Assembly: GCA_964016885.1 (NCBI GenBank)
Contig: OZ024742.1
Coordinates: 91,388,001 to 91,452,000 of the forward strand
Direction of reading: 5' to 3'
Origin: Eledone cirrhosa
Lineage: Eukaryota
DNA length: 64,000 nt
The translations under genes were made by a program, and so were the position numbers. The notes beneath the pieces were generated by a model. That model was not told where the DNA came from. It did not search any database and saw nothing but the letters and a program-made list of their open reading frames with translations. Each line of letters starts with the position of its first letter. The stretch's first letter is position 1. Positions 1-13,344 of this stretch are shown piece after piece.

Positions 1-469
1 AACCTTTGCCTTCTCAACATTTGTTGCTCTTTCTCTCAGCGCTGTGTCGTTTCGTAGGGTTTTTATTCTTATGAACCTGTAAACAACTCATTAGAATTAA
101 AGTTTTAAACTGAAAAATCTTGTCATTTTTCTATCTTTTTCCTCCAAAAATTCTGGTGATCCATCTCCAAACATGATATACAGTAACTAAATGTTAAAAC
201 TTGCTCAACCATAGTTTTGCTGTATAGAAATATGAAAATGGAGACGAGAAAAACAAAATACAGCATAGCTTAGGCATACTGTATTTCTACTTTTATTGAT
301 TTGTTAAGCCAAATGTATTATCTGTTGAATGTGCAATATGAAATTACATGACAGGCAGGGTGCACTTGTTTAAAATGGTGAAAATGTATTATTTGAGGGA
401 GATTTGGCTGCTATTTTTAATTGGTTACATTCTCTGTAAAGACAAGCCACTCCTTTAATTATGTGTAGA

Positions 470-650
470 GGAGTGGGACCTAGGTGTTGTCATGATCTGA
501 AGAGTGTATTGGCAGAGGTGATGAGAGCTGACCTTGAATTACTGAAACTCAGACGAGTTGAAGGAATGCAGCAAGTGGAAAGATGCTGTGCTGAGAAGGA
601 CCTGTCCAACCCATGCAAGCATGTAATGCGGATGTAAAAATGATAATGAT
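470..650 (+). mobile_element. Degenerate RTE-type LINE 3' end
   Basis: Decayed ORF end (...KWKDAVLRRTCPTHASM) followed by ...aacccatgcaagcatg...atgataatgat tail; the same tail recurs at about 1030-1088. Confidence 0.5.
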
Positions 651-1789
651 ATTTAATTCTTCAGATTTATCGGAAAATAGAATGTATTTTTCAAGGTATT
701 AAGAAATATAAAAGAAACAATAGGTGCAGAAGGTAAATTCATGATGGTAATTTTATTCCCAAACTTGGAGTATAATTGTATTCTCCCAAAATGTTAGCAT
801 TACATAAATAATGCAGCATACAATCTAGATGTCTGTCCATAAAGGACCAATTTGGACATGACAAAAAGTACCCAGTCCACACTAAGGTGGTTGTGCTAGT
901 GATATGACAAAAAGCACCCAATACACACTGGTTGGTGTTAGAAAGAGCATTCATCTGTAGAAACCAAGCCAAAATACAGATCTGCATGAGCAAGATGTGT
1001 TCTCTGGATGTGACTTGTCTCATAACATGACAACCTGCCTAACCTATGCAAGTGTGGAAAATGGACGTTAAACAATGATGATGATGATTCACAACAAGCT
1101 GATAATAAAGTAGCATCAATGATAATAAATATGCTTTGAGCTTGAAGAGTGAGGAGTATAAATAATAAAAATGTGTTTTGTTGAAAAGTTTGATGAGCAT
1201 CAATACAAGAATGAGGTGATATTGATGGTGATAAATGCAGAGCAGTACTAGGGAATTACAGGAGAGGTAGACAAAAGCAAAACATGATCCATCAAGGATT
1301 TAGAAAGTAGAAAAAACGATTGATCTACAGAAGACGGTTTATGCTGTGGTCCTTATCACAATCAAATAAGTTACTACATTCACCAATAAAAAATACAAAA
1401 TAAAATATCAACAATATATGGAAATAGTTTTTAAAAAAAAAAGGAGAGAACACTAGAGTCTATATTAGTTATCCTCCAACAGCAGTTAAAGGGTCTCAGT
1501 GAAACTATCCGCCGGGGCCAGAGCGTAGGCCCTCATTTGCTCATAGTAGTGAAAGATAGGGAAAATGAGACAGAGGCATTGACAGTGGGAGTTTGGTTCC
1601 TTTGCGTTCAGACCTGTTGTATATATATGTTTCACGGACACACATGAAAGTTATATTTCATGGCCCAAAATTTCAGTTAACTTTTCTCCTTTCCCTTAGC
1701 TTAGGAAATGTGTTGTATTGCATGTCAGATGTTCTATTAGAGAGAGTAGGAGCAACTCAACATTAAATCTGTTAACAAAAAGTTCTGGT

Positions 1790-2080
1790 TGTTTATTAGA
1801 TTTAATTGAAACCAATCAGCAGTTTTCAGAGATATTGTAAGTCAATAAATGTTAAAGAAGTTCCTTCTCAAGAAGATAGGGATTCATTCTGGAGAAAAAC
1901 CTGGAATGAAAAAAAAAGGTGTTTAACTATGATGCGATGTAGCTTGAGAAAATTTGAATAAAGTATTGCTTCTGCATACATCATCAAAAGCAGTATCTTT
2001 GTGACTCTTTAAAATATTTCAAAATGGGAAAGCACCAGGAGTTTTGATTGTTGGATACAGGTAAAAATAATTTTAAAAAA
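1790..2080 (+). mobile_element. R4/Dong-like non-LTR retrotransposon relic (pre-RT region)
   Basis: Frameshifted translation gives ETNQQF..., VKEVPSQEDRDSFWRKTWNEK and FQNGKAPG..IVGY, resembling the FWxxIW / WKAPGxDxIxxFW motifs of R4-clade ORFs. Confidence 0.55.
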
Positions 2081-2119
2081 CTTGAGGGTATTTTAACAAG
2101 CTCTCAATATAAAAGCACT

Positions 2120-2500
2120 AACACCCAGTGCGCTCTGTAAAGTGACTGGTGATAGGAAGGGTATCCAGCCATAAAACTTTATCAAACAAAAAGTCAACAG
2201 GACTCTTCAATTATATCAGACATGATAACTCCCTTGCATTGGCGATTTACACAATGAATGCACCTTGTACACTGTAAAGTGGTTGGTCATAGGAGGGAGT
2301 TCCAGCCATAGAAAACATACTGTGTTCGTGATCCACGTGACAAACGATTACCCAGTGAACACTGTAGAGTGATTGGTGATGAGAAGGGCATCCAGTCAGA
2401 GAAAACTTACCAAATTAAAGGATTTAGAGAATTTGTCAACTATGTCGAAGACATGACAACATCCCAAATGTTGGTGCCACAATGAATTGCACACAGTAGA
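2120..2500 (+). repeat. Three to four diverged tandem ~120-bp units of a SINE core (ctgtaaagtggttgg..taggaagggcatccagcc)
   Basis: Motif repeated at about 2135, 2272 and 2362, with a partial copy near 2480. Confidence 0.6.
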
Positions 2501-3627
2501 GCACAGGATAGTACGCCAGGCCTCCGATCAGAAGTCACTTATGTTGCAAAAAAAAACTACAGCTTAGTTGCATTTTAGAACCTGATGTAAATATTTACAA
2601 CCTTTCCAAACCTATATTTCTAGAATCAGCTGATAGTAAGAATATTACAGCTAGGATGAAAGGAGGTTGGTGATAAGCAGAATAAAACTCTGATGTCAGA
2701 GATGTGGTAGCATAAGAGGTACTTGGTTGCTGCCTGCCTGGATTGCAAAAAAAACAAACAAACAAAAAAACAAAAAAAAACATTGGATTATATTCCCTAC
2801 GTGTAGATGCTAGAGGACTTCAATTTACTGAAATCCCGAAGACCATATTCAACCTGGTTACTATCCTAGGAATAAAAGGGTAAAGAAGAAGATTTGAGAA
2901 GTAACGTCGAAGCTATTCTTTAGATTATCATTTTCATTAGTTAATTTGTTTCTAGTGAGGTTGAGTTTCGTACAGTATATTTTCAATATATCTTAGATTG
3001 TATGGAGTCTGCACCTCCTCACTTCCATAAAACTGTTAATTTATTTAACATTCCCAGCTTTTGTTCATCCAACTTGTTATTTTCAGATTCATCTAGCATG
3101 CATTTATTCTATTCTTAAAGAATATTCCCCAAATATGTGGGACATTCATGGTATAACATTGAGCATTAATTAATGAATTAACAGCTAATTGTTTTCTTTT
3201 AATTAATAACCATTTGACGAATAATGAGCCCTGGCTTTTAGAAAACCAAATAGGTTGAGGGAGAAAACTCCTAAATCCTAACTTATCTTAAGCGACGAAC
3301 CTGGCAAGGGAAGTAACTGTAAATAATGGTTCAACATAGACAACTCACAATTTGAGATTAATAGCTGTTAGATAAATGGAGGAAAGTACACACACGCATA
3401 CCAACAATAGCACTAACACAGCCTGATTTATAACAGAGGCGTATAGTCAATATACACATTATACTATTTAAGCCTCCCGCCACTTGGGGGCTTTTGGTGT
3501 TTAAGCACCTCCAATAATGTGGAAAATAATTTGTTACAAAATACTTCTGCATTTGGTGTTTACTACACTAATTTTCTATTGACACTAAATATGTTAGTAT
3601 AATTTTAATTTCTTTCTTAGTCTCGTT

Positions 3628-4220
3628 TCTAATGGTTTGCTATGTAGGCACAAGGCCAGCAATTTTGGGGGGGGGGGGGGATCAATTAAATCGACCCCAG
3701 TGCGTGACTGGTTGTTTATTTTATCGACCCCGTAAGGATGAAAGGCAAAGCTTAACCTCAGCGGGTTTGAACTACAATCATAAAGGGCCGTAACTCTATG
3801 CTGCAAAGCATGTTGTCCGACGCTCTACCGATACTGCGTGAGCTAATAATTGTTTCTACATTTGACACAAGGCCGGCATTTATTCCAGTGTATTACTGGT
3901 GCTTTATTTTATCGACCCCGCAAGGATGAAAGGCAAAGTTAACCTCGGCGGGATTTGAACTCAGACCATAAAAGGCCGTAACTCCTTGCTGCAAAGCATG
4001 GCGTCAGACCCTCTACCGATACTGCCAATCCACCGTCATGCGTGAACTAATAATTGTTTCTACTTTTGGCACAATGCCTGCAATTACTGGTACTTTCTTT
4101 TATCGACCCCGTAAGGATGAAAGGCAAAGTTAACCTTGGCGGGATTTGAACTCAGAATGGCAAGGGCCGTAACTCTATGCGTCAAAGCATGGCGTCCGAC
4201 CCTCTACCAATACTGCCAAT
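3628..4220 (-). mobile_element. Three head-to-tail tRNA-derived SINEs (family A)
   Basis: Minus strand has A-box TGGCAGTATCGG, B-box GTTCAAATCC and core GCCTTTCATCCTTACGGGGTCGATAAAATAAAGTACCAG (resembles the Meta/MESC SINE core); more than 25 copies in the window. Confidence 0.85.
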
Positions 4221-4428
4221 GCTAATACACAAGTATAGTATATATAATTAATCCCCCACCATCCCAAAACTGTAAAGGAAGCTCCGTATTATATATAGTA
4301 GAGGAGCTTATAAATATATATGTATATACACCGAACGTATTTGAAGCTGTGACCAAATTGCTACTACCCCAAAAGCCGTGCAAAAAGGCCAAATACACAA
4401 CAAGGAGCTAAAATAAACTGATAGCTTA

Positions 4429-4604
4429 CGAGGGTCGGCTGAAAAGTTCATAGGCTGACAAAGATACTCTCAAGGAATAAACCAAATATGGTTTATTTTT
4501 CAACATTGTCTCTGGAAAGAAACACTGCAGTTATTAATGCATTCAAGATTTCACAGCTCTAGCATCACTCCTTTACAGTCAGTCTATAAACTTGCCGACC
4601 CTCG
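4429..4604. mobile_element. Tc1/mariner-type MITE
   Basis: TA-flanked (4427-28, 4605-06) terminal inverted repeats cgagggtcggc..aagttcataggctgac / gtcagtctataaacttgccgaccctcg; no ORF. Confidence 0.8.
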
Positions 4605-4941
4605 TACATGTCTTGCTGCGAGTAGTTTCAGCTGTGACCAAATTACAGCCGTGTGAGAACGCCAAATACAGAATACGTTAACTTACACGCAGCCAAAATA
4701 AGCTGATAACTTACATACAGTTTTGCAACCAGCCCGTCAAGCCATTACTATTTGCAAATGAGCATCTTCATAAATGTATTATTGTTTATCCTGGGTTAGA
4801 GTAAGGAAAGGGTATTTGATGTTGGGTAAACTACTTAAACGAGACTGATTTTTTATCTGTTACAAGTTGAAAATATTTAGCTATGAGCTAATTCCTTCAC
4901 ATATGATTCCTCTTTAATTGATAAATGTTTTCGTCCACACT

Positions 4942-5238
4942 TCATGTGGATTTTTCATATCTTTCATAGTGGAAGGGTTTTACTTCAGTGTGGCTACGTT
5001 TGTGAACTAAAAGTTGAGAATTATAAGAATAATATTTTCCACATATTTCACAGTCAAAGGGTTTTTCCCTGGAGTGTATGTCTGTATATGAAGACTTCAT
5101 GATTAGATGTGAAGGTTTTCCCATGAATTTCACAGTGTTTTTCAGTAATATTTCTGTGTTATGATCCTTGTTCAGTGCTTGTTTTACGACATAAAGATTT
5201 CGCACTTCTGTCTGTGTAACTGTATCTATATGATCCAA
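4942..5238 (-). pseudogene. Degenerate C2H2 zinc-finger gene fragment
   Basis: [35 protein letters not shown]: one intact finger with TGEKP-like linkers; flanking fingers have lost their Cys residues and a stop follows. Confidence 0.7.
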
Positions 5239-5717
5239 CGAGTGAGCGTTGTGCTACACTGGTCGGTGACTCGAGGGAAAAATAAAAACATTAGGTTTTG
5301 ACAAAAACGGATGAGAATTTAAGCGAGAAGTGAGGAAGGTGAGGCGAATACAATGAGTCATAGTTGCGTAACTTAGAGGGTATAAAGATAGCTACATACC
5401 GGGACTTGACTGAGAACTTCCCCTTCAGGCCGGTCGACATCAAGACCTCTATTTCCACAGACCCGTACTACCGTTTTCCTCCGGAAAATTAGGAAGAGAG
5501 AATCCTGTTCGATGAAGGTGCCCCGTGAGGTGGAGAGACTCATTTAGTGGGTGCCTCTAGATAATCTCCGTAGGAATGCCATAGCCATTTTGTCCACCTT
5601 CTGCCCCGTCCTCGTGCTTTAGTTATTTCTTTTTTTTTTATTGTAATCTTTATATAATTTAATTAAAATTTGTTGAATAAAACTTTTCACCCACAATAAG
5701 ACATTATCATAATAATA

Positions 5718-6288
5718 ATTTCTCCTTTTGGCACAAGGCCAGCTATTACGCAGTGCATTATGGTACTTTATTTTATCAACCCCGGAAGGATGAAAGGCAA
5801 AGTTAACATCGGTGGGATTTGAACTCAGAATGACAAGACCCGTAGCTCTATGCGCCAAAGTATGGTGTCCGACCCTCTACCGATACTGCCAATCCACCTT
5901 ATATAGGCACAATGCCAGCAATTTTGGGAGAGGGGAAAATCAATTTAATCGACCTCAGTGCGTGACTGGTACTTTATTTTATAGACCCCGTAAGGATGAA
6001 AGGCAAAGTTAACCTCGGCAGGATTTGAACTTAGATCATAAAAGACCGTAACTCTATGCTGCAAAGTATGGCGTCCGACCCTCTACCGATACTGCCAATC
6101 CACCGCTAATAGTGGTTTCTTATATAGGCACAAGGCCATCAATTTTGGGGGAGAGGGAAGTCGATTAAATCGACCCCAGTGCGTGACTGGTACTTTATTT
6201 TAATCGACCCCGTATGGATGAAAGGCAAAGTTAACCTCGGCGGGATTTGGACTCAGAACGTAAAGGGACGTAACTATATGCTGCAAAG
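5718..6288 (-). mobile_element. Three head-to-tail family A SINEs
   Basis: Same A/B boxes and core as at 3628-4220. Confidence 0.85.
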
Positions 6289-7059
6289 CTCATAGTCTTC
6301 TTCTTCCATATATATTTACACGTACATATACACACGTGCACGCGTGCGCACACCCACATACAGATACATATATATAATTCCCTCAAACACTCTTTCTAGC
6401 GGGTCCTGTCAGAAGCAACCGGTTTTAAAGAAAACATTAAAAAAATAAATCTGAAAATTCATAAAAAGTTATCTCCCTTAAAATCACCTTCTAGCCTGCT
6501 AAAAATAACAGCTAAATATTTCCCTCTCGCCATGTTTTAAAACATTGGTCTTTTGTGACCTAGATGACACAGCTCACGATATAGTCGTAGACACTGTTGT
6601 AAACACAGGATGATCACGCCTGGAATGTCATTGATATTACATATGACGGCCGTCTTTTCTTGGTCCCTCAGGTTTAATTTGGGGATAAAAGTAAACAATA
6701 GCAACCTCAGTTTGTTGTCTCTTCATTTGCTAAAAATAACCGCCAAATTTTCCCCGAATAACGAAGGCATGTTTTTGACCTTTGCTTACAATTTTACACC
6801 GAGGATTATTTATGTAAATATTAATTAAATTTTAATTAATATTTACTCATATACAGCATAAATATTTATCATCCTCCCACACGCACACACATACACGTAC
6901 ACACACACACGCATACAGACAGACACACACACGCGCGCGCGCGTGTATATATTTATAAACAGTAAAAAATGCTAACTTAGGTAATTGTGCATGGAAGGGT
7001 ACGCGTGCCGCAGATGTTTCATCAGGTGCATATCTCACCTCCTCCACACATGTTATTAT

Positions 7060-7202
7060 ACATCTGGCACCACCTATACGCCAATTTCTTTGCACATTGC
7101 AGTTGATCATTGCTGTTTTCATATTACAGGTGGGGGAAGGGGGGATAACAATTTTTGAGATGCTGAGGTGCGGCATGGTGCACAAAAGGTTGGGAACCAC
7201 TG
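7060..7202. mobile_element. hAT-like DNA transposon end
   Basis: aggttgggaaccactg (7187-7202) is the reverse complement of CAGTGGTTCCCAACCT, a typical hAT/Charlie-type TIR; partner TIR not found. Confidence 0.45.
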
Positions 7203-7989
7203 TCCTAGAGCCTTGCGCACAGCAGGGTGAATGTACAACAGGCAGAAGATAAGGAATGATCGAAGCTAATATTATTTTGGCACTGCACAGAACAGAGCAT
7301 AAGTGTAGCAAGCAGCCGATAGTAAATGATCGGCTGCTAAGGGACCATGGGATGCTGCAAGCGACACACGAGGGAAGACGACGTCTAGTGGCGAATGGTG
7401 TTCCTTGTTTCTTCATACTATTTCTTTCTGCTTCAAACTAACAAAATGAAGAGTAAAAGCCTTATTGTTACCAACAATAAGATCAAATAATCTAGCTTTG
7501 GGGTCGGCAGAATTGGTAGAGCGTCGGTTAAAAGGCCACTGTGGTATTTGTTCTGGCTCTTTACATACTGAATTCAAATCTCGCTGAAATCAACTGTGCC
7601 TTTCGTCCGTATCAGTGAAGTACTACACTTGATTTAATTGTATGAATTGGAGGGAATTTAACTTTATATATATATAATATATTCACAAACATGACCAAGA
7701 AGCATACTACGAAGGAGCCTTTTGTATTCTCTCTACATGCTAGAAAGAGCAGTTAGATTTCTCTAAATCTACCCTTCACGGCACATACATATATATATAT
7801 AAAGTTGAGCAATAAGCAGTCGATGTATTCGATAAATATATTTCAGTATATATACAGTATAGAGGTAACCGTGACTGCATCAATGTGTTTATAAATTTCC
7901 ACATAGAGTATATAAACTGAGCAATAATGTACAAGCTTAAATACTCAGTCATCAGAAGAAGGGGGGGGGGGAGTGTAAATGCCAAACTT

Positions 7990-8160
7990 GATATCTTCAA
8001 TTCGGTGTTCGCGCTTATTCTTACGTATAATCATGAAAGTTGGGTAATGAACGAAATAATATAATCGCGAATACAAGCAGTTAAGATGGGATTTCTTCGA
8101 TGGGTCATCGGAATCATATTATCCGATATGGTGCGTAGCTCGGTGATCAGTGGCAAGGAT
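7990..8160 (+). mobile_element. RTE-type LINE post-RT relic
   Basis: IFNSVFALILTYNHESWVMNEII*SRIQAVKMGFLRWVIGIILSDMVRSSVI matches the LxYGxExW...IQAxEMxFLR pattern. Confidence 0.7.
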
Positions 8161-8538
8161 TGCTCTTTCACACAACCACCACTCGTTGGAATGATGGATT
8201 TGTAAATTGGGGAAAACTTAATTAAGCTTTTAACGATTTCCACATCAATTTGTATTTATATTTTCAAATGATAATTTTTAATGTTTTCCCTTAAAAACAT
8301 TGTTTTTCGTTTTGTCTCGTTTTCGTTGGTTGTCTTGTCTTCTCTTTGTTGATTTTCCTAAGTTTGTTATTACTAATCTGTGGCGAACGTGTTCTTTCTT
8401 CTCCCCACCATATCTGCTGATATGCAAATCTAGCTGATCAGTGGGCTTGCTAATATGCAAATCAGGCCGTTCAGTCACTGTATATTTTAGAAAATATCAT
8501 ATTTTCACTAGCTCTAACAGTTGGCAGGTAATCAGCAT

Positions 8539-8585
8539 ACTGCACTGATGAAGGGTAATCACCCAGAAAGATTAGTGTCTGCAGT
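8539..8585 (+). ncRNA. Type I hammerhead ribozyme motif (stem III mismatch)
   Basis: actgca CTGATGA a gggt-aatc-accc a GAAA gattagtg TC tgcagt: 6-bp stem I, 4-bp stem II, G.G mismatch in stem III. Confidence 0.7.
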
Positions 8586-8732
8586 TCTGTTTACATGCCA
8601 ACACAAGAGCAAGAACGATGAGGTCATTTTACTGACATGGCTTTTAAAGAGGCTGTTTGCATAATTGCATTCGAATCAAATATTATCATTAATATTCGAA
8701 AAACTTAGATTACATTATATATATATATATAC

Positions 8733-8814
<82 letters not shown>

Positions 8815-9021
8815 ATTCAATTTTCGGAAAATATATTGACATTGAACTTGATGGAGGTCAGATTCGTTCAAGACACACGAAATAGATTTTTACATTGTAC
8901 CGCCATTAGAATTTTTCTAAAACAAGAACACATTTGGTGGGGGAGGGGGAGTTATAGCTTCTGTATCCCCCGCGGTTTCACGCTGCCTGATACACATACA
9001 CACAAACACCCACAACCACAC

Positions 9022-9066
<45 letters not shown>

Positions 9067-9073
9067 TGTACAA

Positions 9074-9177
<104 letters not shown>

Positions 9178-9181
9178 ATAC

Positions 9182-9212
<31 letters not shown>

Positions 9213-9619
9213 TGTAGATATCTATATTTAAATATATATATCTATGTATATATATATATATATATGCATTCACACTCACACACACATGTTTATATATAGG
9301 TTAAACGGAATTTAAGTGGAATTAAAACAAAGGTTCACACACCAAAATAGACATACATACTGTATACCATACGGGAAGGGTTCCTCCTAGATTTAATAAC
9401 GATGATTAAATTCCGTAATCCAATAATGCCCTCTAGAGCAAACTTAAACACGACATAAAGCAAATTAAGAGCTCCAATAAAGTACTGATGTTATCAGAAG
9501 AAAAAACAAAACAACTAGAAACGTACATGAAATAAGTTTTGCTACAAACAGCTGTTCGACAATAGAATTTATAGAAATAAGCGTCACCACATATAATGAT
9601 TTCATATATAATGATTTTA

Positions 9620-10290
9620 AATTTACGCCAACAAATTTGTGGGGAGGGGTAAGCCGATTATATCAAATCCTGTATTTGAATGGTATATCGACCTTGGATT
9701 GCAGGATTTGTATTCAGAACGTAAAAACCCGGAATGAATAACGTAATGACATTTTAACTGGCTGGCGCTTGTTCCAATTCGCTGTCATTTGGTTCCTAAT
9801 TTTGGCACAAGACCAGCAATTTTGTGAGGAAGATAAAGCCAATTATATTGATCGCAGTACTTGACTGGTCATTTATTTTATTGACCTCAGAAAGAGGAAA
9901 GGCAAAGTTCACCTCAACAGGGTTTGAACTCAAAACTTAAAGAGCTGGAACAAATACTACTAATCATTTGACTGACGCTCCAATGACTCTGCTAACTCCA
10001 AAACATATAATTGTTTCTGATTTAGGTACGCGGCCAAAAATCTAGGGAGTGGGGAAATTCGATTCAATCGACCCCAGTGCGTTACTGGTACTTTATTTTA
10101 TCGACCCCAGTGTGTTACAGGTACTTTATTTTATCGACCCCAGTGCGTTACAGGTACTTTATTTTATCGACCCTGTAAAAGTGAAAGACAAAGCTAGCCT
10201 CGGCAGCGTTTGAACTCAGAACGTAAAGAGCTGGAACAAATACTGCTAATCATTCGTCTTGCGCTCTAATACCTCTGCCAATCCACCCCC
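9620..10290 (-). mobile_element. Cluster of three family A SINEs; one has an internal 31-bp triplication
   Basis: SINE core present; atcgaccccagtgcgttactggtactttatttt repeated at about 10067-10165. Confidence 0.75.
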
Positions 10291-10439
10291 AATATTTATA
10301 ATAAAGCGAAAAAGAAAGCAAAAGATTAGACAGTAAACTGGAAATCTTAACTAACCGTCAAGTATTTATAACAAGGATTATAAAGGAAACATTGCATTCA
10401 ATCCTAAATGCAGGACACATCAACTAAATTTGAGATAAT

Positions 10440-10735
10440 AAGCTGTGAATTATCAGAGATATTAGAACGTAGGGGGAATGTTTCGTTACGGCTCTCTGTG
10501 CTCAGATCTGTGTTCAAATCCCGCCGAGGTCAATTTTGCTTTTGATCCTTTCGGGGTCTACAAAAGTTCCAGTACTGGGGTCGATTCTTCCACAATATCT
10601 CTTTCTCACTTCCTCTCTCTTCTTCTCTGGAAGAAATCGACTGTTCAAACGTGGAGGGGAGGGGGGCTCTGTAAAATGTCCATGACAAGCCGTATATTAC
10701 TACGGCGCCCCTCGACTCAACCAAGAGTTACGGGT
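10440..10735 (+). mobile_element. Family A SINE variant with CT-rich linker and extended 3' tail
   Basis: SINE head and core followed by ...ctgttcaaac...acggcgcccctcgactcaaccaagagtta; related tails at about 31160-31430 (+), 32150-32770 (+), 46625-46950 (-) and 55400-55630 (-). Confidence 0.55.
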
Positions 10736-11097
10736 ACAAACATTCATATAAATCGGAGATAATTAGACGCGCGTTGTCAAATAGTGAAGGCATTAGTTGC
10801 AGGAAGAATGTAAGTTTGACCCCACAGTGGTGTGTTGTGTTGTGTTTTAGAGCGAAGCACTTCATTTCACACTGCTCTCCAACCTGCTCAGCTGAAAATG
10901 AGTACCAGTAGCAGTTGGGGATATCCTTGCGGTAGAGTTGAATCTCGCTCAAAGGGGAGTCTTTCATTCTAATTGCTGTAACGCCACAAGGAACCAAGAT
11001 TAGTTCGAGCTTTAATCTAATCTGTCCGTGAATGGACCAGAACGGACGTAAAACAAATAAAGAAGTTTGAGTAGGATTAGTTGGTAAGTTTCCAAAT

Positions 11098-11280
11098 AAT
11101 TGTTTCTACTTTAGGCACAAGGCCAGCAATTACCCAGTGCATTACTGGTACTTTATTTTATCGACCCCGTAAGGATGAAAGGCAAAGTCAACCTCGGCGG
11201 GATTTGAACTCAGATCATAAAGGGACGTAACTATGCTGGAAAGCATGGCGTCAAACCCTCTACCGATACTGCCAATCCCA
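11098..11280 (-). mobile_element. Family A SINE
   Basis: Near-consensus copy. Confidence 0.85.
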
Positions 11281-11549
11281 AATAATGGATTTAATTTAGG
11301 CACAAAGCAAAGAGGGGTAGAAAGTCGAATAAAATGTTATTGTGGTATATATTCTGGCTCTTGAATACCGAGTTAAAATCTCACCAAGGCCAAATTGACC
11401 TTTCATTATTCAGCTGTCGATCAAATAAAATAGCAGTCAAATACTGGAGTTGATTTAATCAAATCAAGGCCTGACTCAAAGTTGCTGGCACATTGCTTAA
11501 ATTAGAAATTAATATAGGCACAAGGCCAAAGATTTTCAACGGGTTGGAT

Positions 11550-11810
11550 ATTGCATCCTGGTGAGGACTCGGTAGTTAGTGGAATTCGCTCTTGGATGAT
11601 GTGAAGGAGTGTCGACTGGCTCCTTCTGAGGTTTTGAAAGATACGTCCACTGTACAAAATCCTCTGCCTCGGGCGATATGAGTTTTGCGTTCTCGTACAG
11701 AACCCAAAACTATTTGGATCTGAGACTCTGTTGTGCGCTCCACATGTACGGCATGTTACCGGACAACTTCGCCCGTTTCCAGCACATCGGGTGGAGGTGT
11801 AAGGCTGATT
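11550..11810 (-). mobile_element. Merlin/ISXO2(IS1595)-like transposase relic
   Basis: Frameshifted ...VLG(L)YE...GRGF...RRSQSTLLHIIQERIPLTT resembles WVFGxxER...DRSxxTLLPIIxxxIxPGT. Confidence 0.5.
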
Positions 11811-12559
11811 CTGTGACCTCTGTTCATTAGCATATGCTTAGCCTCCATTATTTCATTTCTGAGTTCAAATCCCGCCGAGGTTAACTTTGCCTTTCATCCT
11901 TACGGGGTTGATAACATAAAGTACCAGTAATGAACTGGGTAATTGCTGGCCTTGTGCCTAAAGTAGAAACAATTATTTCATTTTCATTGACAGTTATTGT
12001 TCCTATTTTTCGTTGTTCATGCGAAGAAACAGCTGATTTTGAGGGAGCCTTCAGGTCTGCGTTTATTTTGTTGCTGTTGTTGTTGTTGCTGCTGCTTCTC
12101 ACGTTGCTGTTCAGTGTCAGTGCTTTTTGTTGTTGTGGTGGTGGAGGTGGTATTACTGTTGATGTTTCTGATTATGTTTGTTTATTTGTTTTGATGCTCT
12201 GGACATGATGAAGGTGGTGACGGTGTTGGGTTCCGATAACGCAGAATATTCATTTTCATATAATTTATTGTATAAATGTTGTCGTCTCTGTTTCTGTTGG
12301 CTGTACTGTTATTGTTTCTGCTACTGTTGTTGATGATGGTGGAGCTGGCGCTTGTGGTAGTGGTAGTGACTGAATTGATGTTGGTGATAGTGGTAGTGGT
12401 TGTGGTGGAGGTGGTGACGCTATTGTCAACCTTTGGACTCGAATCCGAGACGCTTTTATGTGACGCGCACCTTTGGCTTGTTTGGTTGTAAGTGGGAGCG
12501 TATCGACTCCTTTTTTTAAAAAACCGCTGTGAGAGTAAAACATAAAAGAATACAACTAC

Positions 12560-12925
12560 CTAGGTGTAAATAACCCAGAACTTTGGGTGTGCTTTTCTAC
12601 ATAGAAATACAATGGAAAAAAACCACGTCAAAGCGGAAAGGCAATTAATTATGCAAATAACATGAAGAATATATTCATGAGAAGCAGCCGAGAAATATTC
12701 ATTCCATAGTTGGAGTAGTACAAGTTCATCAATGGAAGTAGATGAGAGAAGAAATAGTTGCAGTATCGATTTATGATTTATAGATGACACAACATAATAT
12801 GATTGATTTCCCAGCAGAGTTGGCGCATGAGCAGTAATACGTAACGCGAAACTAGAATTTGGAATTATCAGAGTGTAAAGATGGAGAGGTGAAATGTGTT
12901 CATGGCCTCACTGATAAGACAAACA
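12560..12925 (-). other. Candidate non-coding (UTR) exon
   Basis: Strong polypyrimidine acceptor ...ttttctctgttccag| and weak donor ag|gtagtt around 366 nt of non-repetitive sequence; no frame is open throughout. Confidence 0.25.
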
Positions 12926-13006
12926 CTGGAACAGAGAAAAAAAGAAATAAATAAAATATATAAAACATTCACGAATTGTTTTCCTTTCATCTGAAAACAA
13001 TTTCGT

Positions 13007-13078
<72 letters not shown>

Positions 13079-13221
13079 CAACTAATACCTTAACACTTCA
13101 CACAAAGTAAAACATTTCGTTTTAATCATTTTCTAACCCAGAAAAAAGAGAGAGATAGACAAAAAAAAGGAAAAAAAAAAATTTTTCTTCCTCATAATCC
13201 TCTCTTTCTCCCTGTTTTCAT

Positions 13222-13257
<36 letters not shown>

Positions 13258-13289
13258 GAGTGTGTGTTTGTCTGAATGTATTTGTATAC

Positions 13290-13344
<55 letters not shown>

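Noticed and set aside
739-1023. 94-aa ORF
   Set aside because: No recognisable motif; it lies among decayed RTE and SINE tails.
5240-5620. GC-richer segment that might be a LINE ORF1 5' relic (similar impression at 1470-1610)
   Set aside because: Too many stops and frameshifts and no diagnostic motif; cannot be supported without a search.
7008-7030. Minus-strand CTGATGAAAC
   Set aside because: CUGAUGA and GAAA overlap, leaving no stem II.
7915-7957. Minus-strand CTGATGA followed by a ctgagta/tgctcag stem
   Set aside because: No GAAA after the stem.
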